64,000 bases of DNA from an uncultured Lentisphaeraceae bacterium (lineage in GTDB: Bacteria; Verrucomicrobiota; Kiritimatiellia; RFP12; UBA1067), in contig CAYLUN010000004.1 in the NCBI GenBank assembly GCA_964386865.1, positions 28,123-92,122 on the forward strand, given 5' to 3'. Shown here one piece after another: positions 61,083-64,000 of the stretch. A program made the position numbers and the translations under genes. Under the pieces are notes generated by a model. It had not been told where the DNA came from and did not search any database. It saw nothing but the letters and a program-made list of their open reading frames with translations. Numbering within the stretch: the first letter of the stretch is position 1; the number at the start of each line of letters is the position of its first letter.

Positions 61083-61708
61083 ACCTTGCGGGCTTCGTGC
61101 CGCTCAGCCTCTGCGATTATCCGGGGCGGGTGGCAGCCGTGGTCTTCACGCAGGGATGTAATTATCAGTGCCCCTGGTGTCATAACGGACACTTGGTGCC
61201 GCTTGTCGGAGATCCGTCTCGGCGCATCTCCGAGGACGAGGTTTTTTCCTTGCTGGCCGAGCGCCGCAACCGCGTGGGCTGCTTGGTCATCTCCGGCGGC
61301 GAACCCACGCTCCAGCTCGCGCTGCCGCGCTTCTTGCGTCGCGTCAAGGCGCTGAAGATGGAGGTCAAGCTGGACACCAACGGGTCGCGGCCCGACGTGC
61401 TGAGGCAGCTGCTGAATGAGCGCCTCCTGGACTATGTCGCCATGGACGTCAAGGCCCCGTGGCACAAATACGCGGCGCTGACCGGCGACGTCTGCTGCGA
61501 CGTGGCGGCGGTGCAGGCCAGCATGTCCGTGATCGCGAACGCCGGCGTGCCGCACACCTTCCGCACCACGCGCGTGGATCCGCTGCTGACCGAGCATGAG
61601 TACGGCCACATCCGCACGCAGATCCCGCTGGGCAGCCCGCACGCCTGGCAGAACTTCCGCCCGGCCACCAGCCGCGACCCGGCGCTGAGGCGCTTCACCC
61701 GGGTTTGA
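61079..61708 (+). CDS. nrdG: anaerobic RNR activating radical SAM protein
   Basis: …VFTQGCNYQCPWCHN… cluster motif and …ISGGEPT…. The ATG overlaps the nrdD stop (ATGA). Confidence 0.9.
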   Translation: MNLAGFVPLSLCDYPGRVAAVVFTQGCNYQCPWCHNGHLVPLVGDPSRRISEDEVFSLLAERRNRVGCLVISGGEPTLQLALPRFLRRVKALKMEVKLDTNGSRPDVLRQLLNERLLDYVAMDVKAPWHKYAALTGDVCCDVAAVQASMSVIANAGVPHTFRTTRVDPLLTEHEYGHIRTQIPLGSPHAWQNFRPATSRDPALRRFTRV

Positions 61709-61718
61709 GGTGTGCGGC

Positions 61719-61754
61719 GCATCGGAATCCGCCCGTATTCCTGATGCTTTTTTT
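61719..61754 (+). terminator. intrinsic terminator of nrdDG
   Basis: GCATCGGAAT-(8 nt)-ATTCCTGATGC (one bulge) is followed by TTTTTTT. Confidence 0.7.
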
Positions 61755-61831
61755 GATTGCCATTAGCTATCGAATCGGCAAATATGTAAACACTTGTGTT
61801 GGGGCTTTGTTTAAAACGGGAGGGCGTAGAA

Positions 61832-63994
61832 ATGGGTGTGATCAAGGCTGTGCTCGTGGGTGTGGTGACCGTATGGGTGGGATGTGCGGCGCTGGCGCAA
61901 CCTGCGGAGTACGCGGTGGCGCTCGACAGCAATAGCGAGTACGTGCAGGCGGGGAGCGACGCGACCTTTCCGCCGGCCGGCAACGAGTCTGTGACGGTCG
62001 AGATGTGGATCAACATCGCCGCGCTTCCGTCCGTCGCGCAGGGGGGAAGCACGCTGGCGGGGTGGGGCGTCGAGGGATATTACGGTTTGCACTATCTGGC
62101 TCTATCGCCCGCCGGCAGCATCGAGTTCAACCATTGGGGCGCGGAGTTCGCTTATCACGCCAGCTTGACGACGGGCGTGTGGCACCATGTCTGCGCCGTG
62201 CATGACGGTGCGGCTAACCGGGACTACCTCTACCTCGACGGCACGTTGTTCGGCTCGAACGCCACGCCGCCGCTGGCCGTGGGCAGAACCCACGTCCGAC
62301 TGGGCCAGCACCCGAATGTGCCGAGTTACTCGTTCTACGGAGCGATGGACGAGGTGCGGATCTGGTCGGTCGCCCGCACGGCGGCTGAGATCAAGGCGTC
62401 GCTGTTCCAGCGGCTCACGCTGCCCGCCGCAGGCTTGGCGGCCCGGTGGGGGCTGGACGACGGCGCGGGAAGCGCGGCGGCGGACAGCTCGGGCAACAGT
62501 CGCACGGCCACGCTCGTCGGCGCTCCTGAATGGACCTTGCAGGTGGCTCCGAACTCTGCGGCACCGGCCGCTTCCGGGTCGTTTGCCGTCGCGCAGGACA
62601 GCGCCGACGACTACCTGCAGATCGGTGCTGACTCAGCGTTCCCGCCTGTCGGCAACGCGTCGATGACGATCGAGATGTGGTTCAACGCGAGCCAGCTGCC
62701 CCTTGCCGGCTGGGGCGGGATGCTGGCGGCTTGGGGCCGTTCGGGTACGGGTCGCATGCACTATCTGGCGCTGACTCCGGACGGCAATGTGGTGTTCTCG
62801 CACTACGGGTACGACTTCTACTATCCGGTCGGCGTGAGTACAGGGGTCTGGTATCATGTCTGTGCGGTTCACGACGGGGACAGCAACACCGACGTCGTCT
62901 ACATCAACGGACAGCCGAAAGGGACGAACACCATGCCCGCACTGGACGTGAGGTGGACGCCTGTCCGTTTGGGGCAGCATCCATTGGCGGCGGGATACAC
63001 GTTCCTCGGCCGCATGGATGAGGTTCGTATCTGGTCGGTTGCCCGAACTCCCGAGGAGATAGCCGCGTCGATGGGCCTGCGCCTGACGGCCTCTGTCGCG
63101 GGGCTGGCGGGCCGGTGGGGCTTCGACGAGGGAACTGGGAACGTTGCCGCGAGCAGCGCGGGCGACTACCGCCCGGCTGTGTTGGCGGGTAGCCCCGTGT
63201 GGGCATCGCCGGGCATGCCGGTGGAGGCGGCCAGCTCCGGGTTTGCGATATCCGCATTCGACCCGGCGACCGGAAGCCTGACGTTCGGCGAGGTGCCGGC
63301 GGCAACGCGTTACCGCGTAGAATGGGCGGACAGCCTCTCCTCGGCAGCCTGGAGCAGCAACGCGCCTGGCTTGCCTGTGGTTCTGGCGAAGGGGGCCGGC
63401 AGCCAGACGGTGACCGTTGGCGTTGCGCAAGCCGCCTGTTTCTACCGCGTCGTCGCCACGCTCACCAACACGGCCCCCGGCAGCGTCTTTTCGACGTTCG
63501 ATGCCGATAACGAGGACTGGCGCGTCGTGAGCTATCCGTTCATTTGGCATGTGCAGGATCCCGACACGTCGCCGCTGAACTACGATGGAACCGGCAATCC
63601 GGCGGGCAGCGTCAGACTGGGCGACGTCTATGGCGAAACGGGCATCTCCGCGCCAAGCCGCTATCTGGGGGACAAGCTTCCGTACTACGGTGGCAGCCTG
63701 TCTTACGACATTCTGATCCGGTACACGGATGGCGTCTCGTACCCGGCGGTTGTGCTCAACGGGGGAGATCGGTCGGTCTACTACCCATTGCCCTCGCCGA
63801 TTCTGAATATCTGGCAACCGGTCACCGTGCCCCTGGCCGAGACTGGCTGGAAAGTCAGCGGCACCGATGAAGACGCAACGGAAACCTTTTTTAAGACGGT
63901 GCTAAGCAATCTCGTTGGCCTCTACATCTACACCGAGTGGCATTCGGGCGATGATGACACTAGCGTCGACAACGTGACCTTGGCGCCCCCGTGA
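61832..63994 (+). CDS. secreted protein with two tandem LamG (concanavalin A-like lectin) domains and C-terminal beta-rich modules
   Basis: Signal peptide MGVIKAVLVGVVTVWVGCAALAQP. Duplicated blocks are …FPPAGNESVTVEMWIN…GVWHHVCAVHDG…MDEVRIWSVARTAAEI… and …FPPVGNASMTIEMWFN…GVWYHVCAVHDG…MDEVRIWSVARTPEEI…. Confidence 0.85.
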   Translation: MGVIKAVLVGVVTVWVGCAALAQPAEYAVALDSNSEYVQAGSDATFPPAGNESVTVEMWINIAALPSVAQGGSTLAGWGVEGYYGLHYLALSPAGSIEFNHWGAEFAYHASLTTGVWHHVCAVHDGAANRDYLYLDGTLFGSNATPPLAVGRTHVRLGQHPNVPSYSFYGAMDEVRIWSVARTAAEIKASLFQRLTLPAAGLAARWGLDDGAGSAAADSSGNSRTATLVGAPEWTLQVAPNSAAPAASGSFAVAQDSADDYLQIGADSAFPPVGNASMTIEMWFNASQLPLAGWGGMLAAWGRSGTGRMHYLALTPDGNVVFSHYGYDFYYPVGVSTGVWYHVCAVHDGDSNTDVVYINGQPKGTNTMPALDVRWTPVRLGQHPLAAGYTFLGRMDEVRIWSVARTPEEIAASMGLRLTASVAGLAGRWGFDEGTGNVAASSAGDYRPAVLAGSPVWASPGMPVEAASSGFAISAFDPATGSLTFGEVPAATRYRVEWADSLSSAAWSSNAPGLPVVLAKGAGSQTVTVGVAQAACFYRVVATLTNTAPGSVFSTFDADNEDWRVVSYPFIWHVQDPDTSPLNYDGTGNPAGSVRLGDVYGETGISAPSRYLGDKLPYYGGSLSYDILIRYTDGVSYPAVVLNGGDRSVYYPLPSPILNIWQPVTVPLAETGWKVSGTDEDATETFFKTVLSNLVGLYIYTEWHSGDDDTSVDNVTLAPP

Positions 63995-64000
63995 GCGGCG

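Noticed and set aside
62633-63817. 394-aa ORF antisense to the LamG protein
   Set aside because: It is an Arg/Pro-rich shadow. The + frame has a signal peptide and duplicated LamG blocks.

Overview
This is a 64-kb stretch of a high-G+C bacterial chromosome (mid-60s % by eye, not computed). All functions were assigned by reading the ORF translations for family motifs; no searches were run. Gene content suggests an anaerobe, possibly from the PVC group: Rnf complex, anaerobic ribonucleotide reductase NrdDG, hgcAB, TAT-signal Gfo/Idh/MocA and xylose-isomerase-fold proteins, and a large LamG protein. This taxonomic guess is inference only.

Housekeeping content:
- proBA, tsf-rpsB, rpsT, lipB, trxA, rpoD, nrdR, pckG, eda
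- thiD-thiC behind a TPP riboswitch
- rnfABCDG
- pstSCA with two pstB genes and phoU
- exbBD
- nrdDG with tandem NrdR boxes

Most interesting observations:
1. A roughly 13-kb metal(loid) block (45.6-58.7 kb) holds an hgcA-hgcB mercury-methylation pair. It sits behind an ArsR-family gene and is followed by an AhpD-like CxxC protein, a small CGPGCxC-motif protein and a P1B ATPase with no N-terminal metal-binding domain. The two promoters share an operator-like motif, and the neighbouring proteins have unusually Cys-rich termini. Flanking ars-type modules include an ArsP-like permease, thioredoxin-like proteins, two CcdA/ArsG-like proteins, ArsC and Acr3.
2. Short tandem repeats, mostly 7-nt units in at least four sequence families, fill many intercistronic spacers across the window.
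3. The two tandem PstB ATPases carry motif losses that all fall in one composite ATP site.
4. A lower-G+C cassette (about 10.9-14.9 kb) encodes FabH-like, ACP, SDR and an FrhB-like::hexapeptide-acyltransferase fusion.
5. The rnf operon has no rnfE and carries repeated junction hairpins.

No tRNA, rRNA, CRISPR array, transposase or integrase was seen. Most long alternative-frame ORFs in the track are GC-rich shadows of the genes listed.
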